Source of the DNA: Octopus bimaculoides
Lineage: Eukaryota
Reading direction: 5' to 3'
DNA: 64,000 bases
NCBI RefSeq assembly: GCF_001194135.2
Contig: NC_068981.1
Span: 72,327,378-72,391,377 of the forward strand
Part shown: positions 1 to 13,009 of the stretch, in pieces
Numbering within the stretch: position 1 is the stretch's first letter
Layout: each line of letters starts with the position of its first letter
The notes under the pieces: model-generated
Database searches by the model: none
What the model saw: the letters and a program-made list of their open reading frames with translations, nothing else
Told to the model about the DNA's origin: nothing
Position numbers and translations under genes: made by a program

Positions 1-428
1 GCATGTAGGCAGCCCATGCTAGGTATAAAGTTGTCTTCTTGTCGCCCAAGACAGCGGTAGGATTTGGTTGCTGCATGGGTGTCTGAGCAGCTCCATTTGG
101 AGAGGGCACTGCTCACCCGGAGGCCGAGGAGGGTCTAGAAAAGGTGAACCAAAAATTGCCTGTCTTTCCATATCTGGTCAGTTTAGCGCGACTGACGGAT
201 GTCCACCCTGCGCTCGAAAAACAAAGAGTCTTTTATTTATAAAATCTGGACGGAACTTAAATATTTCATGTTGGAATGTGCGCTCTCTGTTGGACAACAA
301 GAGTGATTGTAGGCCTGAAAGACGCACTGCACTTGTTGCTTGTGAGCTGAACCGTTATAACATTGATTTAGCTGCACTCTCAGAGACTCGTATAGAAGGT
401 GATGGTCAACTTGAGGAAGTAGGAGGAG
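1..428 (+). mobile_element. RTE-clade LINE, 5' fragment with start of AP-endonuclease domain
   Basis: Frame of ORF 68-511 reads LNISCWNVRSLLD...RPERRTALVACELNRYNIDLAALSETRIEGDGQLEEVGG, the typical RTE/BovB APE N-terminus. Homology stops abruptly at about 428. Confidence 0.85.
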
Positions 429-1185
429 ATCCCTGGCCTGGCAGTGCTATCGAGAAGCACTACCTGTTCGAGATAAGCTCTACAGGCATGGCTCTAGAAA
501 TACTGAACTGATCTGCCTGAGACCATTTCCGACCTGTGGGCTTATGTCGAACAACTGTTGTCGCGTATCGGATGAGTTGGTTTATCAGCCGAGTCTATCG
601 TTAATATTGCCCTGCCTCCTTCCTTCAAACGAGAAGGAAGAGCTGTTTTCATTATACTAGTGGCTATGGCAAAAGAATGTGTATGGTGAACGTGTTTGAA
701 AGGCCTAGAAACAAACATTTTCCTCTCTGGTCAATCACTCATCAACTTTTTCAAGTATTACTTGAAAAGGAACGTGAGAGTAGAGAGGGAAGTTTTGTCT
801 AGTGAATGTTTAACGGAAAAATGGGTGAATTTAGCAAGGATGGCACGTGTGAATGACAGAGGGATTCATAGTCCTATGAACCAAAGAGAAAGAGAGTACT
901 TCACTCTAATGTATTTTTGTATTTCATTGCCCGAGGTTACATTAGTCTTTTCGTAGGCTTTTCTTTCCACGGATAAACCTTATATGTTTTTTCACCTTTT
1001 TACTCTTCTACTGTGATACATGATCCCTTTTGATCGTTTTTTTTTTCATTTTTTTTTTTTACACAATCCCTTTTGATCAGAAATCTATTTTCTCCTTTTT
1101 TTCTCGAAAAGAAAAGCTCTACATTGTACTTTGTCTCCTCTGTGTTCGGTCCTGTGTGGCTAATAAAGAAAGTTATCTCTTTGAT
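429..1185 (+). mobile_element. Tx1/L1-clade LINE, 5'-truncated 3' end (ORF2 C-terminus plus 3' UTR), decayed
   Basis: Frames give SLAWQCYREALPVRDKLYRHGSRN and TISDLWAYVEQLLSRIG*VGLSAESIVNIALPPSF...KECVW*TCLKGLETNIFLSGQSLINFFKYYLKRNVRVEREVL, matching recalled Tx1 ORF2 C-termini. In-frame stops are present; AATAAA lies near 1162. Confidence 0.7.
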
Positions 1186-1601
1186 TCTTTAGATGTGCTG
1201 GCCTCCTGATAATTAATCGATATTAATTAATATATGAACAATTACCAGATTTTATAATAATATCTATATATNNNNNNNNNNNNNNNNNNNNNNNNNNNNN
1301 NNNNNNNNNNNNNNNNNNNNNNNNNNNNNNNNNNNNNNNNNNNNNNNNNNNNNNNNNNNNNNNNNNNNNNNNNNNNNNNNNNNNNNNNNNNNNNNNNNNN
1401 NNNNNNNNNNNNNNNNNNNNNNNNNNNNNNNNNNNNNNNNNNNNNTATATATAATTTCATTATTCTATTTCATGAAGTGATTGAAGCTTGAATGACGTCT
1501 CAAAATTTTATTTAGCTACATATTCATAATTTACATTTTTTATTTTAAATTGTTAAAATTTTGAGAAAAGGTTTCCAGTGAAAGTTTTGCTCATTTTACA
1601 G

Positions 1602-1840
1602 GGATCACACTGAAGTAACGTATGTACAAGAAGTTCCTTTGAAGATGCTTCATAAATTGCCTGAAGTAACTGGTATTCCATGCAAGGAAATTATAGCAAT
1701 TGTTTTCCAATATGGAGCCAACTTTTCAGGTCCTGGGAATGATGTATTCCGAGAAGATCGAGCTAACGTTAACCCAGAGAAAGCTGATAAATCAAATTTT
1801 CTTCATCCTGTATTATATCATTACAAAAATCTACCGAGTG
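1602..1840 (+). CDS. FOXRED2: FAD-dependent oxidoreductase domain-containing protein 2 (ERFAD), penultimate coding exon
   Basis: Acceptor tcattttacag| ends at 1601 and donor |gtgagt starts at 1841. Translation DHTEVTYVQEVPLKMLHKLPEVTG...FQYGANFSGPGNDVFREDRA...SNFLHPVLYHYKNLPS aligns with recalled human EYGRNFSGPDKDVFFDDRS...SNFLHPVIYYYRHLPT. Confidence 0.92.
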
Positions 1841-2624
1841 GTGAGTTTTTTTTATTATTATTTTAGTTGTCTATTTTATCTTTATACTTAAGAGGTGGGT
1901 CTTATATGATAATTGTATTGTAGGAGAGTCGGAGCAACTACTTAAAACATTTGCACATATCATTGTGTCTTTGTTTTATTTTATAAATAGTACAATACAA
2001 TATTATAGTATCAGTACTCAGATTGTAGGTATATAACCGAAGACTACGATATATCAAAGTATGCAAGCTGCTACAAAATGCAACAAAAGTGAATATAATT
2101 GTACATGTGTGTTTTAAATTACTATTGTGACTATCACAATAATATGGTCTCATTCTTAATACACTGTCAGCTCAACTCACTTGTCAAGTCTGAAAGAACA
2201 CGTAATAATTTTATTGTATCCAATTTTTAAAACTGGACTGAGTGTTACTGCTATTTGAATGATGATATCTTACACATGAATATCTCTTCCTAATGACAAA
2301 CACTGAAATGGGATGTGTGAGAGAGACCAATTGTAAAGGAGTTCTTTACCTGGTGAGACATAATTATTTTCAGAAATCCCAGTTTAACTAAGTGTAGAAT
2401 TAGGTTAAGTGAGTCACAAGATTTGATATTTATCTATGTGTTATCATTCAGATCATGAATTTAAAGGACAACTGGTTGCTATTTCAAGGAAGATAGGCAC
2501 GTGTGAAGATACTCACTCATATGTTGATAGTCTTGGATCCCTTTGATTCCTTCTGCTTTAGTGTATTGGATCCTCAAACCTATTCAATGCTTAAAAAAAC
2601 TGCTAAGTTACAGGAACATAAACA

Positions 2625-2870
2625 CTATCACCAGTTGTCAAGCGGTGGCAGGGGGTTGAACACAGATACAAACACCACACACACACACATATATATATAT
2701 ATATACATATATATGACAGGCTTCTTTCAGTTTCCATCTACCAAATCCACTCGCAAGGCTTTGGTCGGCCCGAGGCTATAGTAGAAGACACTTTCCCAAG
2801 GTGCCACGCACTGGGACTGAACCTAGAACCATGTGGTTGAGAAGCAAGCTTCTTGCAACACAGCCATAGC
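2625..2870 (-). mobile_element. tRNA-derived SINE, family S2 (GGTTCAGTCCCA..GCGTGGCACCTTGGGCAAGTG, central (TA)n/(TG)n)
   Basis: Homologous to copies at 20594-21000 (+), 32000-32680 (-), 43165-43750 (+) and 60735-61488 (-), and to partial copies near 11455, 21870 and 23110. Confidence 0.8.
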
Positions 2871-4269
2871 TGTTAAAATATTTTGTGTATTATAAAAATA
2901 TATCCAGTGCATTACACATAGATTTTAACAGCAAAATCTTGTGGACCCTGGTTGAGAACCAGTGGTCACCACAAACACAAAAGTAAAAACAAAGTGAGAT
3001 GTGTGAGGTGTCATGTTTCGCCATTTTCTCAACGCAAACTGAGGAACTTTTTTGTGATTCCTATGCAGACAAATTTTTCTCATGTGTTTTTGTCCTACAC
3101 TTTACTGATGTTATAGTCGAAAATAGTATTCAATCATGAATTTCTTTTACTGTTATTCTACCACTTAACATAGTGACAATTGACTTATCATTTCAGCTGA
3201 TTAGCTATGTGCTCAAAGTTAGCTTTCTTTCGATCTGTAATGTGAAAACACTGAATTTTAAATTTGATTTCGTTTTAACCATGTGTGAAGTTAGAATCGA
3301 TTGTAAAATGATATACAAAACAGTGTTAAAATGATATACAAAACAAATGTAAAAATAGAAGCCCAATGGAGCTATCTACTGAAACAGCTTAGTTCCCCTG
3401 ATAATTCTCACTTTCATTAAAAACAGATAATATCTAAACCATATGAAGTGGATATTGTCAAGGTGATTTTGTGAAGTCATAATGCATTGAAGCATTCATA
3501 AAAGCAACAGCAATAGATTTCCATTGTAGTTTAGCTATTTCCATTACATTGTGCAGAATGTTGACTTTAATTCTTGTGTACTCAGCATTATAAAGAATGA
3601 ATTCTTAAAAACCGAATTGCGTGTGCACACACTTGTTTATGTAATGTGTGTGTGTGTGTGTGTTTATTAGTTCAGTTACAAACATTAAACAGAAGATTCA
3701 CTCAGTAACTATTTCATTTTCACAAGAGAAAGGTTACCCGTTATTACTTCGAAATTTCGGCTTAGTAACTAGAAACCACAACAGAGATTTATGAAAATAT
3801 AGATCGTTTAATGTCTGTCATGGTTTCTGACTGTGCAAGCGAGGAAACTGAAGAGAATTTTCAGAAGTTGACCCAAACCTCATAGGCAGAGTATGTGCAC
3901 AAGCAAATTCACAATACTTTCCTGCAGTCTTCTCTTGATTGACATTTGACGTTAATGGGTGACTCACTATGTCCATGTCTGTATATTTACATCTGTTGCA
4001 TATGTATGCGCATGCAAGTATAAATATGTCTGTGTGTATAAGCTGTTATGTTCATCAATATGGCCTAGGATTCCACATACATGCAGAAATCGGTCTTGGC
4101 AGACATCAGTGGCACCAATATAAAAGAGGAAGAAAGAAATACTTGGTTATGGTTGTAGTGTTTTTTATTTATTGTTTGTATGCCTGATCAGATGTAACTT
4201 GGAGCTAATTAGCATCAAAATAACCAGCAACAGAAACTCTGAACAGTTGATCATACTCTTAAGAAATGT

Positions 4270-4960
4270 GTTACAGTGTGTGTTCGTCTCTAAGGGAAAA
4301 ACCTCTCTAATCTCTATAACTATCATCCAAATGCTTTCCCTTCCAATAACTGAAGTTGATTAAAATAATCCATAAATAACCACCTTCTACATATCCTGAA
4401 TTTATCTCCCTCCTCCTTATCAACATTATAGTCACTGCAAATACATCTATTGATGATTACCTCCCCTATGTAACTCATCAGGTTTTTATCTCCTGAGAAC
4501 TTTGCCAAAAAGCAATGTTTTACTTGACGTAAGCAAAACTTTTACTGTATTGGATATGAGAAGCTTCTAGTTAAGCTGTGTAACGATGGGATATATCCAT
4601 CTTTCATCTTTTGGATTGCAAGTTTGCTGTAAGACTATGCCATTATATCATATGTCAACAAGGCCTTCTTTCCACCAGCGTCTTTTTATGTTCATGTAAA
4701 TTCTTATATGTATTGGTGTGTGGGTAGATGTGATTGGACGAATGCAAGAGTTATACATGATCTACTTCAAATTTCTTGCTCGGATAGTGCAGTAATCGGA
4801 CAAGCTGTATAAGCGTACGCTGCATGATCCGGCAATCGTTCAGGCTCAGATAACATGGGTACTAAGGAAAAACGTTAAGGCACGTTCTCAAAGAGAAGGG
4901 GAATAATTCTGTTCATGGAATCTACGTTATGTCCCTTTAACTCGTTAACTGAAGAATATT
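4270..4960 (+). mobile_element. Heavily decayed Jockey/CR1-like LINE reverse transcriptase fragment
   Basis: LLVKLCNDGIYPSFIFWIASLL at about 4565 resembles the recalled RT motif LLxKLxSYGFxPSLxxFISSFL. Confidence 0.4.
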
Positions 4961-5689
4961 GTTAATGTGTTATAACTATACCTAGTTAAGTAGGAAGAAT
5001 CATGTAAGAAATGCTAAACTATATATATATATAATATCATAAAAAAGTAGGATGCAAAATGATCACGTACAGGCAGTTCGTTAGCCTCAAGCAAAGACAT
5101 GGCTTGTAGAGATAACACAGAGCAGATAATACTCGATGAATAAAATTTATTAATCAAAGTATGTTGTGCACTGCATACCATATCGAATTAGATAAATTCC
5201 GATAAGATGACTGACCACATACAACTCCAATATATTGCAACAAAGGTTGCTAACTATGTGACTATAAATCGGTGCGAATGAAGTAGTTAAACACATACTA
5301 CATAAGTTTCCAAAGGATAAACTGAACAGAAGTTATGTAATTAAGTTATTACATATATGCTCTTCTTCTGCTACTCTTACCTATTGTTTATTAGCTCATT
5401 GTCAAAACATAACTTCAATGAACTGGGAAGAAATTACAACATCTACAACAGTGAAATGATGGGTTGAATCAAGGCTTGGTTAAGCGACCAATAAAATTCA
5501 TTATCAACTCAAGAGGAAAGGGGTGTGATTTAAGGAGATCATTAGTCAGTCACTTAAAAGAATGAATATGGTCAGTGGGGAATGGATGTGAAGAGAACGA
5601 AGGAGATAAATATCAATATGAGATAATAAAGTTCAGGCTAAAGCACTGAGTCAGCAAGACTTCATTAGGAAGATAATTGAGCTCCATAA

Positions 5690-5869
5690 AGTCCTACATG
5701 CAGGCACCGCATACACAAATATATATATATATATATATGAATGTGTGTGTGTGCATGTAAAAAGAATGAAGAATGTACGTACAAGTATCATTACATATGT
5801 GCAAATACAAGCATGCACATATAAACACGTGTGCATACACATGCTCCCACACGTACATGTGTATCTATC

Positions 5870-5902
<33 letters not shown>

Positions 5903-6070
5903 ATATATGCTTCTGCACATCCCACCACATGTGTGTGTGTGGTTAAATGCTGGTACATGCATACCACCCCACCCACACATATCCATGGATGTATACAAAT
6001 ATCTATGCTTACCTATATGCATATATAAAAATAAATACAAACACATACACACATACATATACCAATGCTA
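5690..6070. repeat. Compound (TA)n/(CA)n/(TG)n microsatellite
   Basis: Seen directly; it explains the spurious ORFs at 5651-6086. Confidence 0.9.
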
Positions 6071-6084
6071 TAAGCATATCCCAT

Positions 6085-6850
6085 GAGAGTTGAGAATATT
6101 CTGCACGATGAACTTGGCATGACCAAAGTTTTTGCTTGGTGGGTGCCATGTCTTTAGACACCTGATCAAAAGTGTACCAGGCTGATTACATCATGGGAAA
6201 ATCTGTCATTGTTTCAGGCAGATGCAGCCAGTTTCCTTGAATGTTTCCTAAACAGGGATGAGGTCACCACTTTGAGTCAGAAACAGACAATCCATGTAGT
6301 GAAAACACTCCTCCTCACCTGCTCCAAAGAAGGCAAACGTAGTTTCATCTGTAGAGGTGGTGGCCTCAATTTTTGGGGATGCAAAAGGAATTGTATTAAT
6401 TGACTACCTTCAGAAGGGCCACACCATCAATGGCGAGTACTATGCCAACTTGTTGAGGCAATGATGAAAGGCTATCGAAACCAAATACTCAGGAAAACTG
6501 ATGAAAGAGGGTCTTGTTTAATCAGTTCAGTGCTCCAGCACCTGGTTTCACTGGCTGCTGTGCTTGACTGAGGCTTTGAGCTGGTTGATCACTGTCCCTA
6601 TTCTCCTGATTTGGGCCCATCTGACTATCATCTGTTCTCCATGAGAAAGCAGTTGGCTGGGAACCAGTATTGCAGTGATGATGATGATGTTATATCTACT
6701 TTTGATAACTTTTTTAATGAACATGATGAAAGCTTTTTTTTATCAGTGGAATCCAAGTACTACAACACTGATGGAAGAAATGTGTGGATCGCTAGGGAGA
6801 CTGTTGGAAAATAAACCTCATTTGATTACATTCCATGAGTATCTTAGTCA
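6085..6850 (+). mobile_element. Mariner transposase relic
   Basis: ILHDELGMTKV..WVP, TINGEYYANLLRQ and YSPDLGPSDYHLF motifs, with frameshifts and stops. Confidence 0.85.
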
Positions 6851-7299
6851 CTCAATGAGCTATGCAAAATAAGGAAACCTGTCAACTTAAGATTTTTGTC
6901 TATTTGAAAAGCAGAAGATATATTCCAAAACTATGTTCTATTGCATAGGAAATTCAAAAGAGTATTAATTTTGGTAATACTGTTACAATTAATTTGAACT
7001 TGGAAGACAAATTAGTAGAAATGAGTTAAAGCTTCAGACTAAAAGTAACTTTACTTTTGGTGATGTACCTGATAGAAAATATGAAATTGAAGAGCAAGGA
7101 GGAAATATTTGAAAATTCAAGTCACAAGATGACTTTTGTAATACAAAAATATGCATTTTCCATTACTGTACAGTATAGTGTAGCAAAGGCTAAATTGAAA
7201 CTAAATATATTTCGCACTTGTGCGTACGCATGTATGTGTGTGTAAGCAAGCATGAAATATTAGAAGCTGGTAATTACTATATTTTAATTCTTATTTCAG

Positions 7300-7601
7300 A
7301 AAAACAGATGTTAAATTTACGGTCAAAAGAGCTGCTTCCCACACCTGATGATATTCATCATATGGTTGAAGACTTTCTGACTGTTTGGGATACACCAAAC
7401 AGCCATATTTTCCCACTTCGACGCTTTCTTGAGAACGTATTCAATAAAGATCTTCGCCACTTCTTCTCTTCTACATGTGCCAAGTTTCTACTAACTCTCA
7501 CTTCGCTACCATTGTTCTGCGAACAATATTACATGAAAGGTCAAGGTCTTACTGGAAGTGACCTCTTGTTGGAGATGATTGAACAACAACTCGCTGCTTA
7601 A
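7300..7601 (+). CDS. FOXRED2: FOXRED2 terminal coding exon
   Basis: Acceptor ttatttcag| ends at 7299 and the phase-1 join makes GAA (E). Translation [60 protein letters not shown]...QQLAA* matches human [41 protein letters not shown]. Stop TAA at 7599-7601. Confidence 0.93.
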
Positions 7602-7780
7602 AATTTTGAAGACCAGCAAAGAGTTTAAAAATAACAAAGGCAAAATTCTTCCATTTGGCTTCTTTACATTCTTTCTATTTTTTCCCAGAGAGTTTTATTT
7701 TTATCCCATTATAACTGAGCGTTTCTTGCCAGAAACTGGTACTTCAAATTCGATATTTGTTCTACTGCATTAAAAAATTC

Positions 7781-7786
7781 AATAAA
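7781..7786 (+). terminator. Candidate polyadenylation signal (AATAAA) for FOXRED2; alternatives at 7924 and 8303
   Basis: First canonical hexamer on + after the stop codon. Confidence 0.45.
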
Positions 7787-8645
7787 AATAATGAAATTCA
7801 TCATTGTTGGAAATATATTTTTAAACAGTTTTGCAAAAATCTGTATATTACAGAAGTTATTTTTTTAATAGTTATTTTATCCACTACTGCATATGATGTG
7901 AATCTATTGTAGAAAGTGTCCATAATAAAATTTATGCTCATTACTGAAAAATATCAATAATAGTAATTATACAGTAACGCTATTGTTCACTTTGAACTAG
8001 GTCAGCAAGAGTTTAGCATCTTGGACTTGACATTAAAATGGTTACTGTATTTGAAGGCATATAAGATGGATTGTTCCACTACCACAAAAACAAAAAAGTT
8101 CCTTTGAGTCTTATATGCAAAGGTGAGCCTCTCATAAGCTTTAATGCACTAAAACATTTTTTTCCTAGATATGCACAACTGGAATTGGGGTGCATCTAAT
8201 ATGTGTGTGCATCTTTTATGCCATCAAATACGGTAGATCTTTTGAGTAAAGTATGAGATTTAAATTCAACTTCTTTTTCCATAAACCAATGGACTTGATA
8301 TTAATAAAAATACAAATATCTATAATATTTGTTGGAATGTTTACATTTTCGTTCGAGTAGCTAATTATGTTAAGAACTTTATAAACGTTTGTAAATGTTT
8401 TAACAACATAATCTGCTACCTCATTACATAAAACACCTTGTAAACATGAGCTTTGTCAGACTATATGAAAATACTGATGAAATAAAGACTGGAGTTTTTA
8501 AAAAATGTCAGAAACAAAAAAAATGAAGTAAGGTATTTTATCAAGTTATCTTACAGTTAAAATTTGAAATAAAATGAAATTGTTGGAATATATTGTTAAT
8601 TCTAAAGAAATCACAACCATCAGAATTTAAATTGTCAAAAATGTT

Positions 8646-8860
8646 TTAATGAGGTATCTGTTGTACAATACTATCAATTTCATTATTTTTAAAAGTTTCA
8701 ACTTCTTTTAAGCTATGAGAAATTATTTTATTGAAGCCCTCAAACAGAAAGTGTCCTTTGAAACATGAACCTTTTAAAAAGAGAGGAAACCAGTACTTGT
8801 CATCTGGCCACATTTGATGATAAGGGATCCGCTCTATGCTGAACCAACGTGGATGCATTT
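8646..8860 (-). CDS. NUDT1: MTH1 / oxidized purine nucleoside triphosphate hydrolase, terminal coding exon
   Basis: Acceptor ttaatactag| at 8862-8861. Translation EMHPRWFSIERIPYHQMWPDDKYWFPLFLKGSCFKGHFLFEGFNKIISHSLKEV...* retains the MTH1 MWPDD motif (human W117/D119/D120). Confidence 0.95.
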
Positions 8861-10584
8861 CTAGTATTAAAAAAGAAAAGAGAAGGAGAGGAAAAAAATT
8901 AGGTCAAAGTATTTCAAATTTGATTCATAAAAATTCCTGTATAAATGAGTAACTAGTATTTCAGATAGCAAAATACAAACCGAAAGAAATGTCTCATGCA
9001 TGAATGACTTTCTATTAAAGATATACAAAAGGATAGTTCTTTCCTTGATACAGTGAATTACTGCATCTTGAAACAAATTGGTTTCTAAGAGCTTCATAGA
9101 ATTAGTGGACGAATGGTTAGAATGTAATGCAGATTTCCTCCAAGACTTGTATCTCCTAAATGGGACACAAATCAACAGAAGGGAGCATTTTCAGACCTGG
9201 TACTCATTTGGAGGACAGGGGGATGAGGCATTTAAAATCAAATATATATTTAAAATAACATATTGAAATGCCTAGATTTAGATTTGAACTAAAGACCTAT
9301 GAACTGGTTACCTATTTTAATTCTATACTGGATTATAATACTGGACTACTGTGAATAAGTACAAGCATGACCAGGTGGTTAAGAAGCTTGCTTTTGAACT
9401 ATGTGTTTAGGGGTTCAGTTCCATTGCATGGTTTGCTGTTGTTCTATATTATAGCCATGAGTTAAGTTGAGTAAAATTAATGGATGGAAACTGAAGAAGC
9501 CCAGAGAATGTATGTGAGAGTGCACATATATCATCATTTAATGTTTGCCTTTCATGCTGGAAAGACTGGGGGGGAGCCACAACAGATTCCATTGTCTGTT
9601 TTGGCAAGGTTTCTACAGCTGGATGCCTTTCTTAATGCCAACCACTTTACAGAGTGTACACATGTATATTTATATATACTGTGTATTTGTATTTCTCCCT
9701 GTCTTCACATGCATTCACTGACTGTACACAACAGTTTCACTGCTTAAGAGATAGTAATGTTTGCATGTCTGGGCTCCTTGATATGCTGCACAGTATTTGT
9801 AAACAAAAGAATTGTTCAAATGGTGCTGTCTGTTTACAACTGTCAATGCAACCATGTCCAGGCTATTCAGTGCTCAATAAACCAGGGGTGTTACCTTGCT
9901 TGCAAATGTGGGGTATCTAGCTCAATATAGTCTCACCTGACCTATGCTGGCACAGAAAAGAAATTCAGTTTTCACAGTTGGCACTGAGGTGTTTCCTTGG
10001 CTCAAAGTACATCACTTACTCCACTTATCTTCATCAGCTCATAATATGGATTGGGATTGTTAGTAAGTTCATATGGTGGCAAAAGTGTCTCACTCAACAA
10101 CTTAGATCTCTATATTTGAAATACTATGGTGGTGGTGGTAGAGATTTAACCTCAGGTTAGTCCTGATCAAGCACATCTACAATGAAAGGCAATCCATCTA
10201 TGACCATATTGTCCTTTCTCAGATATTATACATCCAGGATTACATTTTGCAAGATTTCCTTTCTTTTTGTTCTTTAAGAATTTAGACAGGTGAAAATACT
10301 CAAATTACATTGAATCACAAGAGCTATAACTTCAGGACTGACATTAACTCACAGAAAGCTAATGAAATATTCAATAATTTTACTGCTCACAGAAGTAAAA
10401 TGTTCCATCTTGTGACACCTATTTACAAGTAGGTAAACTAAGCTGTAGGGAATTAAATACCACAATCGTAGTGACAGGATGTGAAAAATTCTTGAAAAAA
10501 TAATTCAGATGATTTGATCATTTGTAGTTCAATAGTAGCAAGTACTGGAAGTAGCAGAAGAAAGCAACAATTTTATTCATTTAC

Positions 10585-10730
10585 CTTCACTCTCTGCAGG
10601 AATTCCTTCAAAAGAATCAGTCTTAAATACATGAACTTCCATAATTTCAGGATTTCCCAAAAATTCAAAATCTAGCTCTCCAATTTTATCAAGACAACCT
10701 GCTACCAGACCACATTCTTCAAGTAATTCT
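10585..10730 (-). CDS. NUDT1: MTH1, middle coding exon (146 nt)
   Basis: Bounded by ttaattttag| and |gtaaat. Translation RELLEECGLVAGCLDKIGELDFEFLGNPEIMEVHVFKTDSFEGIPAESE contains the second half of the Nudix box. Phases fit both neighbouring exons. Confidence 0.95.
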
Positions 10731-11719
10731 CTAAAATTAAAGTGGAATATTAAAACAAAATTTTGTATCAACAAATAGTAAATATTATACAAAAGCAATA
10801 TAGCTATTAACCTGTCTCAAATTGTATTTAGTATTACAAATTTATATTCTTAGAAAGACTGAACTTTGTAGGATACTTCAAACAATGGCTTTCATGAAAA
10901 GAAATAAGTGAATATAAAAAAACAAAAAACAAAACAATAAGTCAACACAGTCTGAGTCTAATTTCAAAAACTATTTCATGTAGATCCCTAGTTTATTGCA
11001 GATATTTTACATGATACCATAAATATATGTGTATAACTATGCAGTTTTGCTGTGATGACTGATTAAACACAAAATAAAATTGTCATATGCAATGTGGTGA
11101 AGCATATAAAACTTTTTGTTAAAAACATATTTGGCATTCATAATTTTATATCTGTCTTTTTTTTTTAAATTTTAAGCCTCTGATATAATTTTTATAAAGT
11201 GCATGAATGAGAGCGAACATGTGAATCAGTCATTCTGTATTGAAGAGACTTTAACAAGAATTAAACTTGAAATAGTTCAGTGGCAGATGATACTTTGTTA
11301 TTAAAACAAATTTAATCTGGAAGAATCCTTAAAGAAAGAAATATTTACATAAATCTAGTGGTTAGGATTCCTGGCTTTCACATAGGCTTCCTGGCTTTCA
11401 CATAGGCTGTCTGGGCTCAATTCCCAGCACGAGGACACATTCTTTCATAGGTGCAGTCATGGGTGTGCGGTAAGAAGCTGGCTTCCCAACCACATGGTTT
11501 CGGGTTCAGTCCCACTGTATGGCACCTTTGGCAAGTATGTTCTATTATAGCACCAGCATGGCTGCAATTTAACAACTGAAACAAGAAATAAATCCTTTTT
11601 CTTTTGTCTTTAAGACAGGGTTTATTTACCAAAGAATTTCAGACTGGAGGCATGTCTCTCATATAAAGGCCAAGATGAATAGCTTTAATTTTACAGACTG
11701 TTACAAGACTTAAACAGGA

Positions 11720-12977
11720 ATGGAGAAACTGAAATCCATTGGTTAGCTATTACTTTTTTTTCCCCATCACATGTAGTGTCTGGAGGAAGAATTCTTACTC
11801 GTGCCCTTGGTAGGTCTTCATATATCATAGAGACGGATGTCAATGTTCCACTTGAACCTTTGCAAATCAACATCTGTGGGGAAACATGACCAAGGAGGGA
11901 ATTTCTAAGAGCTAATATTCTGAAAAGGAGGATTATGCTTGGTGATTAGTCTGGGCCCTGGGCCCTGGGGTCTTGTATGAAACAAGAAGGATGAAATGTG
12001 TGTCTGAATAGCTGAATGGAGGTGACATAAGTCCAGCCAGTTCCAAAGAGCAGAGACAATTATAGTAATGGTTGAAAAGGAAGAGATAGAAGGTAGTACA
12101 TGTGTACAGAAGAAGCTGGAGTGTGTCTGTGAGTAACTGAATGCAAATCAATAGAGAGATTACTTTTGCATGCAGATTAAAATGCTTGTGTGCAGCAGAT
12201 GCCTTGTTCCAGATTTGAGAGCTATACTCCATTGTGGGTTTCACCTGAACAGTTTAGAGTGTCATTGCTTGTTGGGTGCTGAAGGATCTTCTGGGCATGA
12301 AGAGAAAGGCCCATTGTTAGGGCAGCAGACCTAGCTATGTCAAGGATGTGTTTTTTTGTCAGGAAAGATCCTCAGTGATAGTGATGCCCAACATTTGGAA
12401 TGATTATGAAGGAAATAATTGCATGCTGTCCTTGATTAACTGGAGTTTGGCGCAGTGATGTTTTCTTGCTGTTCAAAAAGACAAGAATGGCATAACCTTA
12501 TTAATTGGGAAGGTGTTTCAAACTCTCTGCTCATAGAACCATGGAAGAATAAAAGATAGTGAAGTCTGCTTAAGAGTGAGCATTGATTTATATGACAGCA
12601 AGAAAGACACTGATGTATGGAAGGAAAACTAGAGAACAAAACTGAACCCTGGAGTATACTGGGAAAGTCAGACTACAGGGTGTAAAAGAGCTCCATCAAC
12701 ACATGCAAAGGGATGAGAGATGGTTGAAGGATGTAACGGGGCAGTTTGCTGATGCCAAAGGTGACATTTTCTTCTAGTAGATGGCATAGAAAAGTCATCA
12801 GTAGATTTAAATTAATAGAAACTGCACTTGTGGTCATTAATGAGAGAGAGAGAGAAAGAAAAAAGAGAAAGACAGGAAGAGAAAGACAGAAAGAGAAAGA
12901 GGAGATAGATAGATAGAGAGAGAAAGAGAGAAAGACAGAAAGAGAAAGAAAAAAGAAAAAAGATAAAGAAAAAAGAG

Positions 12978-13009
<32 letters not shown>

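Noticed and set aside
5651-6086. Long ORFs rich in Y/I/C/V/H/T (also about 27.9, 32.1, 33.1, 41.1, 42.4 and 44.0 kb)
   Set aside because: They are translations of (TA)n, (CA)n and (TATG)n microsatellites, which lack stop codons by composition.
8867-9175. 102-aa minus-strand ORF just upstream of the NUDT1 last exon
   Set aside because: Intronic, no MTH1 similarity, and the three real exons already join in phase.
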